Source of the DNA: Gemmatimonadales bacterium | GTDB taxonomy: Bacteria > Gemmatimonadota > Gemmatimonadetes > Gemmatimonadales > GWC2-71-9 | Reading direction: 5' to 3' | Assembly: GCA_035553475.1 (NCBI GenBank) | Contig: DATNDQ010000062.1 | Coordinates: 360 to 64,359 of the forward strand | Length of the DNA stretch: 64,000 bases | In this document: positions 1 through 8,414 of the stretch, one piece after another | How positions within the stretch are numbered: the stretch's first letter is position 1 | Layout of the letters: the number at the start of each line of letters is the position of its first letter | Notes under the pieces: generated by a model | What the model was told of the DNA's origin: nothing | What the model saw: the letters and a program-made list of their open reading frames with translations, nothing else | Database searches by the model: none | Translations under genes and position numbers: made by a program

Positions 1-271
1 GATGACCATCGGCCGTGATGGTGACGACCGACGGATTGCTCGATGTCCACGAGATCTTCTCGCCGATGTACTGGACGCCCCGGCTGTCGGTGGCGACTCC
101 CTCGAGGAGAATCGTATCGCCGACCGGCATCACGACGGTGTCGGGCTCGATGACGAGCACGGCCACGTCCTTGGGACCGATCAGGGTGTCAGTGGTGCAG
201 GCGAAGATCACGGCGGTGGCGATTGCCACCAGCCACGGGATCCGCTTCAGCGAACGGCTTCGAGTCGCCAC
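1..271 (-). CDS. Putative lipoprotein with bacterial Ig-like (Big_2) domain; 5' part only, runs off left edge
   Basis: Own minus-strand translation; absent from the ORF track because there is no stop in the window. Sequence: (V)ATRSRSLKRIPWLVAIATAVIFAC-TTDTLIGPKDVAVLVIEPDTVVMPVGDTILLEGVATDSRGVQYIGEKISWTSSNPSVVTITADG. This gives a lipoprotein-type signal/lipobox followed by a Big_2-like segment, with high GC3. GTG at 271 is in frame; alternative starts are CTG 250 (CTGA overlap with the kinase stop) and GTG 229. Confidence 0.55.
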   Translation of the reverse strand, partial: MATRSRSLKRIPWLVAIATAVIFACTTDTLIGPKDVAVLVIEPDTVVMPVGDTILLEGVATDSRGVQYIGEKISWTSSNPSVVTITADGH

Positions 272-2439
272 GTGCCCCCCGTCCTGGTCAAGGACGCGGT
301 ATAGGGGAGGGGAGTCTCCTGATGTTTGCCTTTATAGTCGAACTGCAGGGTGCCGGTGACCGAAACGGTCGCCTGATCGCCCACTGCAGGCTGAATCGTT
401 CCCAGCTTATACGTCGCCTTGATGTTCTTGCCGTCCTGGAAGAGCCCGGACCACTGGTCCGCCTGAGCTGGCGTCATGCCCGGGTACGCCGCGCGCACCC
501 GGTCGAGTTTCCCGGACTCAATGGCAGTTTCATACGTCGCGATCACCGCCGCGATGTCGCTCGCCAGGATCGGCTGCGGCTGCGGAGGTGTCGGTGCCGG
601 TGCTGGTGTGGTCACCGGTGCCGGCTCGGGCTTCGTTTGCTGCTGTTGTGTTTGCGGCGTGGTCTGCACCGGCACCTGGATCACGGTCTTCGGCGTGTCC
701 TTGGCCGCGACGGTCGACGGGCGCCCAGCGGTCGGCCCCGGCCGGTGCGCGGGATTGCTCGGCTGTGACGGTTTGCTCTGCGCCGGCGTGTTGGCGGGCG
801 GGGTGTTCTGCGCCACCTGGCTCGCGGGGTTCGAGTCGGTCTTCGGCGGCGTTCCCGGTGGCACCACCGCCTGCTGCTGGGTCGCGGTCGTGTTCGGATC
901 ATTGGTCGGCTTCGGGGCCCAGGGCTTGAGCACCGCAAGCGCGATTCCGGCCGCCACGAGGATCCCGCCGCCGATGAACAGCCCCTTCTTCGACCGATGC
1001 CCTTCCGCGGGCGTGACCGTGATGGTGGCGGTGGCGCTCGCACCCTCGCACGTACACGTGATCAGGACTTCGCCCTCGGCGATCGCGTTCACGAGGCCCT
1101 GGGGCGTGATGGTGGCGATCTCCGGCGCCGTCGACGCCCAGGTCACCCGGGGACCGACGAGCGTCTTGCCGCCGGTGCCCTTCAGCTTGGCGGTGAGCTG
1201 CACGGCGCCGCCGGCGGCAACCGATACCTGCTGCGGCACGATACCGAAGCCCGTGCCACCAGTGGTCGACACCGTGGCTTTGCCGGCCTGCGTCCGTCCG
1301 GGCATCGACACCGGCGTCGTCAGGCGCTTCAGCATTTCGGTGTTCTTGTTCGACGCCGCGAGCGTCATCAGCTGCGTCCGCACCGGATCGTCGGGCGTCA
1401 TCGCCGGCACGCCGATGGCCGAGATGGCGTCTTCGACGGTGGGGAAGCGGTCAGCGGGCTCTTTGGCGAGCATCCGCATGACCGCCGTCACGATTTCCGG
1501 CGGGCAGTCGGGGCGCACCTCATCGATGGGCGGCGGCGGATCGTTGAAGTGCGAGTACATGATCGCCATGATGGAATCCGCGTTGAACGGCAGCTTCCCG
1601 GCGAGCATCTCGTACGCCATCACCCCGAGCGAATACTGATCTGATGCGCCCGTCAGCTCCTTGGCGGCGCACTGCTCGGGACTCATGTACGACGGCGTGC
1701 CGACCGTGGCACCCGTCATGGTGAGTCCCTTGGTCTCGGTGACCTTGGCGATGCCGAAGTCGGTGACGACGGCCCAGCCCTCGGTATCCACCATGACGTT
1801 CGCCGGCTTCACGTCGCGGTGAATGATCCCGCGCTTGTGCGCGTAGCCGAGCCCCGCGCCCACCTGCTGAAGGATCTGCTGGACCATCTGGATCGGGAGC
1901 TTGCCCGTCTCTTTGATGATGGAATCCAGCGGCCGACCTTCGACGAACTTCATCACGAAGTAGACGATCTGGTCGCCTTCCTTGACGGCGTAGATCGGAA
2001 TGATGTTCGGATGCGAGAGCGACGCCGCGGTGCGGGCCTCGCGCTTGAAGCGCTCGACCATGCCATCACCGGTAAGGAGCGCGGGGGACATCACCTTGAT
2101 GGCGACCTTGCGGTCGAGCGCGATGTCGTGCCCGAGGTACACCGTCGCCATGCCGCCCCGGCCCAACTCAGCCAGGATCTCGTATTCGCCGATCGTCGCG
2201 TGCCGGACGACGTCGTGCAGGGCGGTCTGGCTCATGGTGGCGCGGACCATGTCCTGCTTCGGAACGAATGCCGTGGCGACGTTCCCCTGTTGCCCGGACA
2301 CGTCGGCGCCGCAGCCCGCGCAGAAGCGTTGCCCGGGCGCGATAGGCGTTCCGCATTTGCTGCAGTTCGCGGGCGCGTTCACAGGCTCATCCGGGTGGCC
2401 GGGGGGTGGGGCATAAGGGGAGATAATATACCGCCCCAC
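247..2439 (-). CDS. Serine/threonine protein kinase with N-terminal zinc ribbon, Big_2-like segment, one TM helix, Pro/Thr/Gln-rich linker and C-terminal NTF2/SnoaL-like domain
   Basis: 730-aa ORF. CxxC..CxxC zinc ribbon (CSKCG...CAGCG). Hanks kinase motifs GRGGMATVY, VAIKV, HRDVKPAN, DFG, SPE. TM helix LFIGGGILVAAGIALAVL, then a low-complexity PT/Q-rich stretch and a ~110-aa C-terminal domain. Confidence 0.9.
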   Translation of the reverse strand: MGRYIISPYAPPPGHPDEPVNAPANCSKCGTPIAPGQRFCAGCGADVSGQQGNVATAFVPKQDMVRATMSQTALHDVVRHATIGEYEILAELGRGGMATVYLGHDIALDRKVAIKVMSPALLTGDGMVERFKREARTAASLSHPNIIPIYAVKEGDQIVYFVMKFVEGRPLDSIIKETGKLPIQMVQQILQQVGAGLGYAHKRGIIHRDVKPANVMVDTEGWAVVTDFGIAKVTETKGLTMTGATVGTPSYMSPEQCAAKELTGASDQYSLGVMAYEMLAGKLPFNADSIMAIMYSHFNDPPPPIDEVRPDCPPEIVTAVMRMLAKEPADRFPTVEDAISAIGVPAMTPDDPVRTQLMTLAASNKNTEMLKRLTTPVSMPGRTQAGKATVSTTGGTGFGIVPQQVSVAAGGAVQLTAKLKGTGGKTLVGPRVTWASTAPEIATITPQGLVNAIAEGEVLITCTCEGASATATITVTPAEGHRSKKGLFIGGGILVAAGIALAVLKPWAPKPTNDPNTTATQQQAVVPPGTPPKTDSNPASQVAQNTPPANTPAQSKPSQPSNPAHRPGPTAGRPSTVAAKDTPKTVIQVPVQTTPQTQQQQTKPEPAPVTTPAPAPTPPQPQPILASDIAAVIATYETAIESGKLDRVRAAYPGMTPAQADQWSGLFQDGKNIKATYKLGTIQPAVGDQATVSVTGTLQFDYKGKHQETPLPYTASLTRTGGTWRLEAVR

Positions 2440-2507
2440 AACGACTTGGGCAGTGTCAGGGGGGGTAACGTAGCGGTGACGAAGCGCACCGGGCCCGAGT
2501 GGCCCTT

Positions 2508-2583
2508 CCCACTCTAAAGAGTGGGCTCGGCGTTACGCTGCGCTTAAGCGCAGGGCCTGGCCGAGCCCACCCTTCAGGGTGGG
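2508..2583. repeat. Structured intergenic repeat, copy A (H1 - enclosed central palindrome - H3)
   Basis: H1 is cccactct-aa-agagtggg (2508-2525). Arms GCTCGGC (2525-2531) and GCCGAGC (2560-2566) enclose the palindrome ctgcgcttaagcgcag (2538-2553). H3 is cccaccc-ttca-gggtggg (2566-2583). Aligns with copies at 33586, 55756 and 60898. Confidence 0.8.
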
Positions 2584-2588
2584 GGAGA

Positions 2589-2888
2589 TTACTTCCCTGC
2601 GGCGCAGGTCACCGTGATCGAGATGGGCGTGTAGATGTCGAAGGTCACGAAGGCCACCAGCATGTTCACGAAGCTGTGCTGGGTCTCGACCTTGGAGACG
2701 CCACGGGCCCCGCATTTGGCCTTGGTGTCGACCGCGTCCGGGGGGATCAGGCCGAAGATCCATCCTGAGGCGAAGGGCTTTTCGATCACGGTGGCGGACG
2801 GTGCCAGGCCCGTTTCGATGGTCGCGTGGAAGCAGGCGGCGGTGGAGACGAGCAGGGCGGCGCAGGTGATGGCGGCGATCGGACGCAT
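2589..2888 (-). CDS. Bor/Iss-family outer-membrane lipoprotein
   Basis: 99-aa ORF with lipobox LVSTAAC. The C-terminal part AKCGARGVSKVETQHSFVNMLVAFVTFDIYTPISITVTC resembles the lambda Bor family as I recall it (KICGG..VKTETQQTFVNGLLGFITLGIYTPLEARVYC). Confidence 0.75.
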   Translation of the reverse strand: MRPIAAITCAALLVSTAACFHATIETGLAPSATVIEKPFASGWIFGLIPPDAVDTKAKCGARGVSKVETQHSFVNMLVAFVTFDIYTPISITVTCAAGK

Positions 2889-2957
2889 GGGTCCCTCGGT
2901 AGTTGGGGAGGAGAGTCGGCGCCAATATGCCCGCCCCCGGGGGACCCCGCAAATCAG

Positions 2958-3890
2958 TCAGTTTCGAGCAGGGGCCGCCGAGGTCTGCGCCCGCCGGAAC
3001 GCGGGGAGAGCGTGGGAGAATTGGATCCAGATGACGGCGCCCAGGATCAACGCCATCGCGCCGAAGGTGCGCGCCGAGACGGGCTCGCCCAGGAGAAGCC
3101 AGCCCAGGAGGACGGCAATCACGGGATTCACGTAGGCGTACGTCCCGACGATGGTCGCTGGGGCGTGCTTCAACGCATACGAGTAGGCGCTGTATCCGAC
3201 CAGAGATCCAAAAATTACGAGATAAAAGAGGGCTTCGAGACCCGTCGCGGTGATATGCACCCGGGGGCCCTCGCCCAGTGCCAGCCCCAGCACGCTGACG
3301 ACGGCGCCCCCCGCCAGCATCTGAATCGACGCCGCGATGTACGGGCTCGCGGCGGGATGTTGCCGCTTGTAGAAGATCGAGCCGAACGCCCAGGAGGCAC
3401 TCGCCCCGGTCAACGCGATCGGCCCACGGAGGTCGGCGTGCAGGAGCGCGGCCGGACTCGCACCCACCAGCAGAATGGTCCCGGCAAACCCCACCAGCAG
3501 GCCGGCGATGACGCGCAGCGAGATACGGCCCGCACCACCGGGGATGACGGCATCGAAGAACGCCATCCACAGGGCCACCGTCACCACGAAAATGCTCGCC
3601 ACGCCGGAGGGCGTGTATTGCTCGGCCCACACGACCATCGCGTTGCCGCCCGTCAACAGGAAGAGCCCGACGACCGACAACACGATCCAGTCCTTCAGTG
3701 ATCCGGGAAGCTTGTCACCGAAGAGCAGGGCTCCCGTGAGCAGGAGGACGCCCGCGATGAAGAAGCGCACCCCGGCGAACAGAAAGGGCGGGAACACGCC
3801 GACGCCGATCCGGATCGCCAGGTAGGTCGATCCCCAGAAGAGGCAGACGAGCAGGTACGCGACGAGCGCTTTGCCACGGAGGGCCGCCAT
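2958..3890 (-). CDS. EamA/DMT-family transporter
   Basis: ORF 2958..3950 trimmed to ATG 3890 (MAALRGKALVAYLLVCLFWGSTYLAIR). About 10 hydrophobic helices in two EamA-like halves. The start lies 1 nt after the stop of the upstream AsnC-family gene. Confidence 0.85.
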   Translation of the reverse strand: MAALRGKALVAYLLVCLFWGSTYLAIRIGVGVFPPFLFAGVRFFIAGVLLLTGALLFGDKLPGSLKDWIVLSVVGLFLLTGGNAMVVWAEQYTPSGVASIFVVTVALWMAFFDAVIPGGAGRISLRVIAGLLVGFAGTILLVGASPAALLHADLRGPIALTGASASWAFGSIFYKRQHPAASPYIAASIQMLAGGAVVSVLGLALGEGPRVHITATGLEALFYLVIFGSLVGYSAYSYALKHAPATIVGTYAYVNPVIAVLLGWLLLGEPVSARTFGAMALILGAVIWIQFSHALPAFRRAQTSAAPARN

Positions 3891-3891
3891 G

Positions 3892-4374
3892 TCAGTCGTT
3901 CTCCGGAGGCAGAGTGAGTGACGCCTTCTCGAACAGGGTGCTGAGCACAATGGTGGTCTTGGTGTTCAACTGTTTCGGCGACCCCGCGAGTGTCCGCAGG
4001 ATGTCCTGGATCCCCTCGAGATCACGCGCGGCGACCTTGAGGACATAGCAGTCATCGCCTGCCACGTGGTGGGCTTCGAGGACTCCGGGATGCTTGAGGA
4101 GTGACCGCATGCGCGGCTCATCGCCGACGTATCCCGAGCTGCCGTAGCGGACCGCGACGAACGCGGTGACGGGGACCCCCGCCTTCGCGCGGTCGAGCTG
4201 GGCCGAGTAGCCGGTGATGATGCCGGCGCTTTCGAGCCGCCGGACCCGCTCCATCACCGCGGGGCGGGAGAGTCCGACTTCATCCGCGAGGGCCTGGAAG
4301 CTGGCCCGCCCGTTGTCGGCGAGGAGGCGGAGCAGCTGGCGATCCACCGCATCGATCGGTCGTTTGCCCGACAT
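3892..4374 (-). CDS. Lrp/AsnC-family transcriptional regulator
   Basis: 160-aa ORF. N-terminal HTH (DRQLLRLLADNGRASFQALADEVGLSRPAVMERVRRLE) plus a C-terminal AsnC/RAM-type ligand domain. Confidence 0.9.
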   Translation of the reverse strand: MSGKRPIDAVDRQLLRLLADNGRASFQALADEVGLSRPAVMERVRRLESAGIITGYSAQLDRAKAGVPVTAFVAVRYGSSGYVGDEPRMRSLLKHPGVLEAHHVAGDDCYVLKVAARDLEGIQDILRTLAGSPKQLNTKTTIVLSTLFEKASLTLPPEND

Positions 4375-4532
4375 TTCGCTAGCTCCTCGGAATCAGGACT
4401 GACGATTAGTAGGCGACGGAGATAGTTAGATAACGTTTCATCATAGTAATTGGTTTCCGCGAACTGGACTATCCGGTTCCGGTCCCGAAACTCCGGGGTA
4501 CGTCCCCACCTCCGCCTCACTACTATTCGGCC
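4375..4532. promoter_or_regulatory. AT-rich divergent promoter/operator region between the asnC-like and larE-like genes
   Basis: Locally low GC in an otherwise high-GC window (gattagtaggcgacggagatagttagataacgtttcatcatagtaattggtttcc). Bounded by divergent gene starts. Lrp/AsnC regulators typically autoregulate at AT-rich sites. Confidence 0.35.
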
Positions 4533-5333
4533 ATGAGTCTGACTCGCCTGCGCGAGGTGGTGCGCGCCTATCCGACCGCTCTGCTCGGCTACTCCGGTGG
4601 AGTCGACTCCGCCCTGCTCGCCGTGGTGCTCCGCCAGGAGCTGGGACGCGACCGGATGCTCGCCGCTATCGGACGCAGCGATTCGTATCCCGAAGAACAG
4701 TGGCGCGTGGCGCACGACATCGCGGGCCGTTTCGATGTGCCAGTCCTCGAGGTCGCGACGCACGAGCTGGAAGATTCCCGTTACCTCGCCAACCCCACCA
4801 ACCGCTGCTTCTACTGTAAGACGGAGCTGTGGGCGCGTCTGTCGCGCGTGGCGGCAGAGCGGGGGCTCGCGGTGATCTGCGACGGGACGAACGCCGACGA
4901 CCTCGGCGAGCATCGCCCCGGGCGGGCCGCGGGGATGGCCGCCGGCGTTCGCTCCCCGCTCGCGGAGGCGGGTCTGACGAAGGCGGAGATTCGCGCCGCC
5001 TCCGCGGAGCTTGGCCTCCCCAACTGGGATGCCCCGGCGGCTCCCTGCTTGTCGTCGCGGATCCAGTATGGACTGAACATCACCCCCACTCGCTTGAAAC
5101 AGGTCGAAGCCGGCGAGGCGTACCTCCGGGCCGAGGGTGTCACGGGTGATCTGCGGGTGCGGCACACCGGCACGGCGGCGCGCATCGAAGTCGACCCGGC
5201 GGCCATCGCCCTCGTGGAGGCCCGGATCGAGACGATTCGCTCACGCTTCCTGGATCTGGGGTTCACCACCGTCGAGGTCGACCCCCGCGGCTATCGCCGG
5301 GGCAGTCTCCTGCTCGATCGCGCCGCGACGTGA
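4533..5333 (+). CDS. PP-loop ATP-utilising enzyme, LarE-like sulfur transferase family (TIGR00268-like)
   Basis: 266-aa ORF with PP-loop YSGGVDSALLA and the conserved Cys motif PCLSSRI. Confidence 0.8.
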   Translation: MSLTRLREVVRAYPTALLGYSGGVDSALLAVVLRQELGRDRMLAAIGRSDSYPEEQWRVAHDIAGRFDVPVLEVATHELEDSRYLANPTNRCFYCKTELWARLSRVAAERGLAVICDGTNADDLGEHRPGRAAGMAAGVRSPLAEAGLTKAEIRAASAELGLPNWDAPAAPCLSSRIQYGLNITPTRLKQVEAGEAYLRAEGVTGDLRVRHTGTAARIEVDPAAIALVEARIETIRSRFLDLGFTTVEVDPRGYRRGSLLLDRAAT

Positions 5334-5887
5334 GATTGTTCGTGGCCGTCAACTTCCCGGCCACGTTGCGCGCGCGCTTGTGGGAGGCCACTGAGCGGCT
5401 GCGGGCGATGCACCTCCCCGTCCGCTGGGTGGCCCAGGACGGCATGCACCTGACCCTCAAGTTTCTCGGCGAGACGGACGAGCAGCGCCTCGGGGAGCTG
5501 GGAGATGCGCTCGACCGGGCGGTGGCAGGCGTGCGCTCGATGCCCGTGACCGTTGAGGGGTTCGGCGCCTTTCCTGACGCCGCCCATCCCTCCGTGATCT
5601 GGGCCGGCGTCGTCAGCGATCCCGCGCTCGAGCTGCTGCAGCATGGAGTGGAGCAGGCGTTCGGTCCGCTGGGGTTCCCTCCGGAAGGGCGACCGTTCAG
5701 GCCCCACGTCACCCTGGGCCGGTCCCGGCGAGACAGCCCCAAGGGGGCCTTTCGGGTACTGGAAGAGGCCCTGGACGCTCTCGTCTGGAGTGAAACCGCG
5801 GAAGTGACCTCCGTCGAATTGATGAAGAGCACCACCACGAAGGGCGGGGCGGTGTACGAGGAGGTACGGCATGGACGGCTGTCTTAA
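5330..5887 (+). CDS. thpR: RNA 2',3'-cyclic phosphodiesterase (2H family, ThpR/LigT)
   Basis: 185-aa ORF with two HxT/S motifs (HLTLKF and HVTLGR). GTG start in a GTGA overlap with the upstream stop. Confidence 0.85.
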   Translation: MRLFVAVNFPATLRARLWEATERLRAMHLPVRWVAQDGMHLTLKFLGETDEQRLGELGDALDRAVAGVRSMPVTVEGFGAFPDAAHPSVIWAGVVSDPALELLQHGVEQAFGPLGFPPEGRPFRPHVTLGRSRRDSPKGAFRVLEEALDALVWSETAEVTSVELMKSTTTKGGAVYEEVRHGRLS

Positions 5888-6530
5888 AGCCATCGGGCGT
5901 CTCGGTTGCCTGCTCGCGATCCTTATCGTGGCGGGTGTCGCGTACTGGTTCCGGGCGCCGATCATGCACACCGCCTCCAGATACCTGGGGCCCCATTCGA
6001 CCCGGTTGCCACCTGTTTCCGACACGTCGGTCGGCGCTCCCACCCCGGGAGCCGTGCGCACCGCGGCCGCGAAACTGGCATCCCTCGGCGCCCCTGGGGG
6101 CCCCGATTCGGTGGTACTGACGCCGAACGAGATGGCGTCGCTGATCGGCGGGGGGATCGACTGGACCGTACGGAAGGGGTTCGACTCCCTTCGGGTGGAG
6201 CTGATGAACGGCAGTATCGCCGTGGACGCGCGGCTCGATACGCGCGTCCTGCCCCGCGACGCGCTGGGGCCAGCGGAGCACGTGCTCGCGACGTATGAGC
6301 CATTACGGATGGCGGGGCCGGTGACCATTGGGACGCCCGGTGTGGCGCACTGGAAGATCCAGGAGCTGTCGGTCCACGGATTCCCGTTCCCGTCGCCGGC
6401 CGTGAACCGGCTGGCGAAGCTCGTCGCCGGGGCCGACGACGGCAGTGTGCCGGTGCTCGTCCCGACGACCATCCGCCGGATCGAGATCAACCCCACGGGT
6501 GTGGTGTGCTACCGGAGGCCCAAGGCGTGA
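5871..6530 (+). CDS. Hypothetical membrane-anchored protein
   Basis: 219-aa ORF with an N-terminal TM helix (LGCLLAILIVAGVAYWF). Coding-like codon bias. I recognise no family. Confidence 0.6.
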   Translation: MDGCLKAIGRLGCLLAILIVAGVAYWFRAPIMHTASRYLGPHSTRLPPVSDTSVGAPTPGAVRTAAAKLASLGAPGGPDSVVLTPNEMASLIGGGIDWTVRKGFDSLRVELMNGSIAVDARLDTRVLPRDALGPAEHVLATYEPLRMAGPVTIGTPGVAHWKIQELSVHGFPFPSPAVNRLAKLVAGADDGSVPVLVPTTIRRIEINPTGVVCYRRPKA

Positions 6531-7915
6531 GTCAGCGCGTACTGGTGGCCGATGACGAGAAAGGGATTCGCGAGGCGCTGACCCAGCTCCTCGAGTTCGA
6601 GGAGCTCGAGGTCATGAGCTGCTCGTCCGGCGGCGACCTGCTCCTCAAGTATCCGGAGTTCCGCCCCCACCTCGTTTTCCTCGACGTGAAGATGCAGGGG
6701 ATGGATGGGCTCGAGACCCTGCGCAAGTTGCGGGAGCTCGATCCTCATGCGCAGGTGGTCATGATCTCCGGTCACGGTACCGTCCAGACGGCCGTCGAAG
6801 CCACGCAGTTGGGCGCGTATGACTTCCTGGAAAAGCCCCTCGACACCGACCGCGTGCTCCTCACCTTGCGCAACGCGCTGCAGCATGGCGCGCTGGCGGA
6901 CGAGAACGTCCGCCTGAAGGCGGAAGTCCAGTCTCGGCACCAGATCGTCGGGTCGTCCAAGGCCATCAAGCAGGTACTGGACACCATCGAGAAGGTGGCG
7001 CCCACGCCCGCCCGGGTCCTGATCACGGGCGAGAACGGGACGGGCAAGGAGCTCGTCGCCCGGGCGATCCACACCCTGTCTCCGCGCGCCGACGGCCCCT
7101 TCGTGGAAGTGAATTGCGCGGCCATTCCGACCGAGCTGATCGAAAGCGAGCTCTTCGGGCACGTGAAGGGTTCGTTCACGGGTGCGGTGGGGGACCGCGC
7201 GGGCAAGTTCGAGCTGGCCGATGGCGGCACGCTCTTCCTCGACGAGATCGGTGACATGAGCCTCTCGGCGCAGGCGAAGGTGCTGCGCGTGCTCCAGGAG
7301 GGCGTGATCTCCCGGGTCGGATCGGGCAAGACACTGGCGGTGGACGTGCGGGTGATCGCTGCGACCAACAAGAAGCTCGACTCGGAAATCGCGGCGGGAC
7401 GTTTCCGGGAAGATCTGCTCTATCGTCTGAACGTCGTACCCATCGTCGTGCCACCGCTGCGCGAGCGGCGCGGCGACATCCCCCAGCTCGTCAGACATTT
7501 TGTCGAAGAGCTGGGCCGGGCTACCGGCCTTCCGTCGCGTGGCTTCGAGGAAGGGGCGCTCGAGCATCTGGCGGAGCATGACTGGCCCGGCAACATTCGC
7601 GAGCTGAAGAACGCGGTGGAGCGGTTGCTCATTCTCGCGCCTGGGCGGGCGGTGACGCCTGCCGACGTGGAGCGGATCGCCACGGGCCCCAGTGGGGGAA
7701 CGGGGGCGGGCGTGGGCGTCGTGGGAGGGAATGGCGGCGCGCTGTTCGAGTCCGCCACCTTCGAGGAGTTCAAGCTGGCCGCGGAGAAGGCGTTCCTCGT
7801 CGCCAAGCTCCAGGAGCACGACTGGAATGTCTCCGAAACGGCGCGCACATTGGAGATGCCGCGCAGCAACCTCTACAAGAAAATCGAGCGCTACGGTCTA
7901 GTACGGGAGGGCTGA
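6527..7915 (+). CDS. Sigma-54-dependent Fis-family response regulator (NtrC-like)
   Basis: REC domain (VLVADDEKG...[11 protein letters not shown]). AAA+ domain with Walker A GENGTGKE and a GAFTGA-type loop (GSFTGA). Fis-type HTH ([25 protein letters not shown]). GTG 6527 forms a GTGA overlap; the ORF-track start at 6506 is also possible. Confidence 0.9.
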   Translation: MSQRVLVADDEKGIREALTQLLEFEELEVMSCSSGGDLLLKYPEFRPHLVFLDVKMQGMDGLETLRKLRELDPHAQVVMISGHGTVQTAVEATQLGAYDFLEKPLDTDRVLLTLRNALQHGALADENVRLKAEVQSRHQIVGSSKAIKQVLDTIEKVAPTPARVLITGENGTGKELVARAIHTLSPRADGPFVEVNCAAIPTELIESELFGHVKGSFTGAVGDRAGKFELADGGTLFLDEIGDMSLSAQAKVLRVLQEGVISRVGSGKTLAVDVRVIAATNKKLDSEIAAGRFREDLLYRLNVVPIVVPPLRERRGDIPQLVRHFVEELGRATGLPSRGFEEGALEHLAEHDWPGNIRELKNAVERLLILAPGRAVTPADVERIATGPSGGTGAGVGVVGGNGGALFESATFEEFKLAAEKAFLVAKLQEHDWNVSETARTLEMPRSNLYKKIERYGLVREG

Positions 7916-8383
7916 GTGCCTGGGAAGGATGAGCGCGACCGCGATTGGGACAAGGAGCTGGCCGAGGTGGACCGGCTGCTCAACAACATGCCGGGGCACC
8001 CGCCGGCCCCCGCCCCCATCAAACCGGCCGGTGGTTACCCTCCTCCCGGTCAGGCCCACGCCGGCCACGCCCCCCGCGTGCTCTCCACGCGGGAATGGGC
8101 CGGCACCTGGATCCGGGTGGGACTCGGCCTCCTCATCGGCATCGGGATGACGCAGTGGCCGTACACGCACGGCTGCGGATTCAAGCTCTGGTTCTATCTG
8201 GTGGGCGTCGCCGCGGTGCTCACCGCGGGAGTCTGGAGCTCGATCTCCTCCTGGCGCCGTCACCTCGCCTGGGCACACATCTTCTCGCAGGGTCTGATCA
8301 TCTGGGGCCTGGTCCTGGCTGCCCGTGAGGTGCTGCCTCGAGTAGGTTACGCGTTGCACGCGGCGACCTGGCTGTGCCCGTAG
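7916..8383 (+). CDS. Hypothetical small membrane protein (3-4 TM)
   Basis: 155-aa ORF whose GTG start immediately follows the regulator stop. Pro-rich N-terminus, then hydrophobic helices. No family recognised. Confidence 0.6.
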   Translation: MPGKDERDRDWDKELAEVDRLLNNMPGHPPAPAPIKPAGGYPPPGQAHAGHAPRVLSTREWAGTWIRVGLGLLIGIGMTQWPYTHGCGFKLWFYLVGVAAVLTAGVWSSISSWRRHLAWAHIFSQGLIIWGLVLAAREVLPRVGYALHAATWLCP

Positions 8384-8414
8384 CACCCCCACACTGACTG
8401 AGGTCCGACGTCTG

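Noticed and set aside
1-250. CTG start with CTGA overlap for the left-edge Big_2 lipoprotein gene
   Set aside because: On re-reading the minus strand, an in-frame canonical GTG exists at 271, seven codons upstream, and it also yields a good signal peptide. A CTG start is therefore not required here, unlike for pth.
2589-2888. Bor-like gene as a marker of a prophage or genomic island
   Set aside because: No integrase, phage structural genes, tRNA attachment site or visible compositional shift in the flanks. Treated as a resident gene.
4254-6496. Minus-strand ORFs 4254..5165 and 5291..6496 (303 and 401 aa)
   Set aside because: They lie antisense to the larE-like gene, thpR and the hypothetical membrane gene, with no motifs. 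The plus-strand genes carry family signatures.
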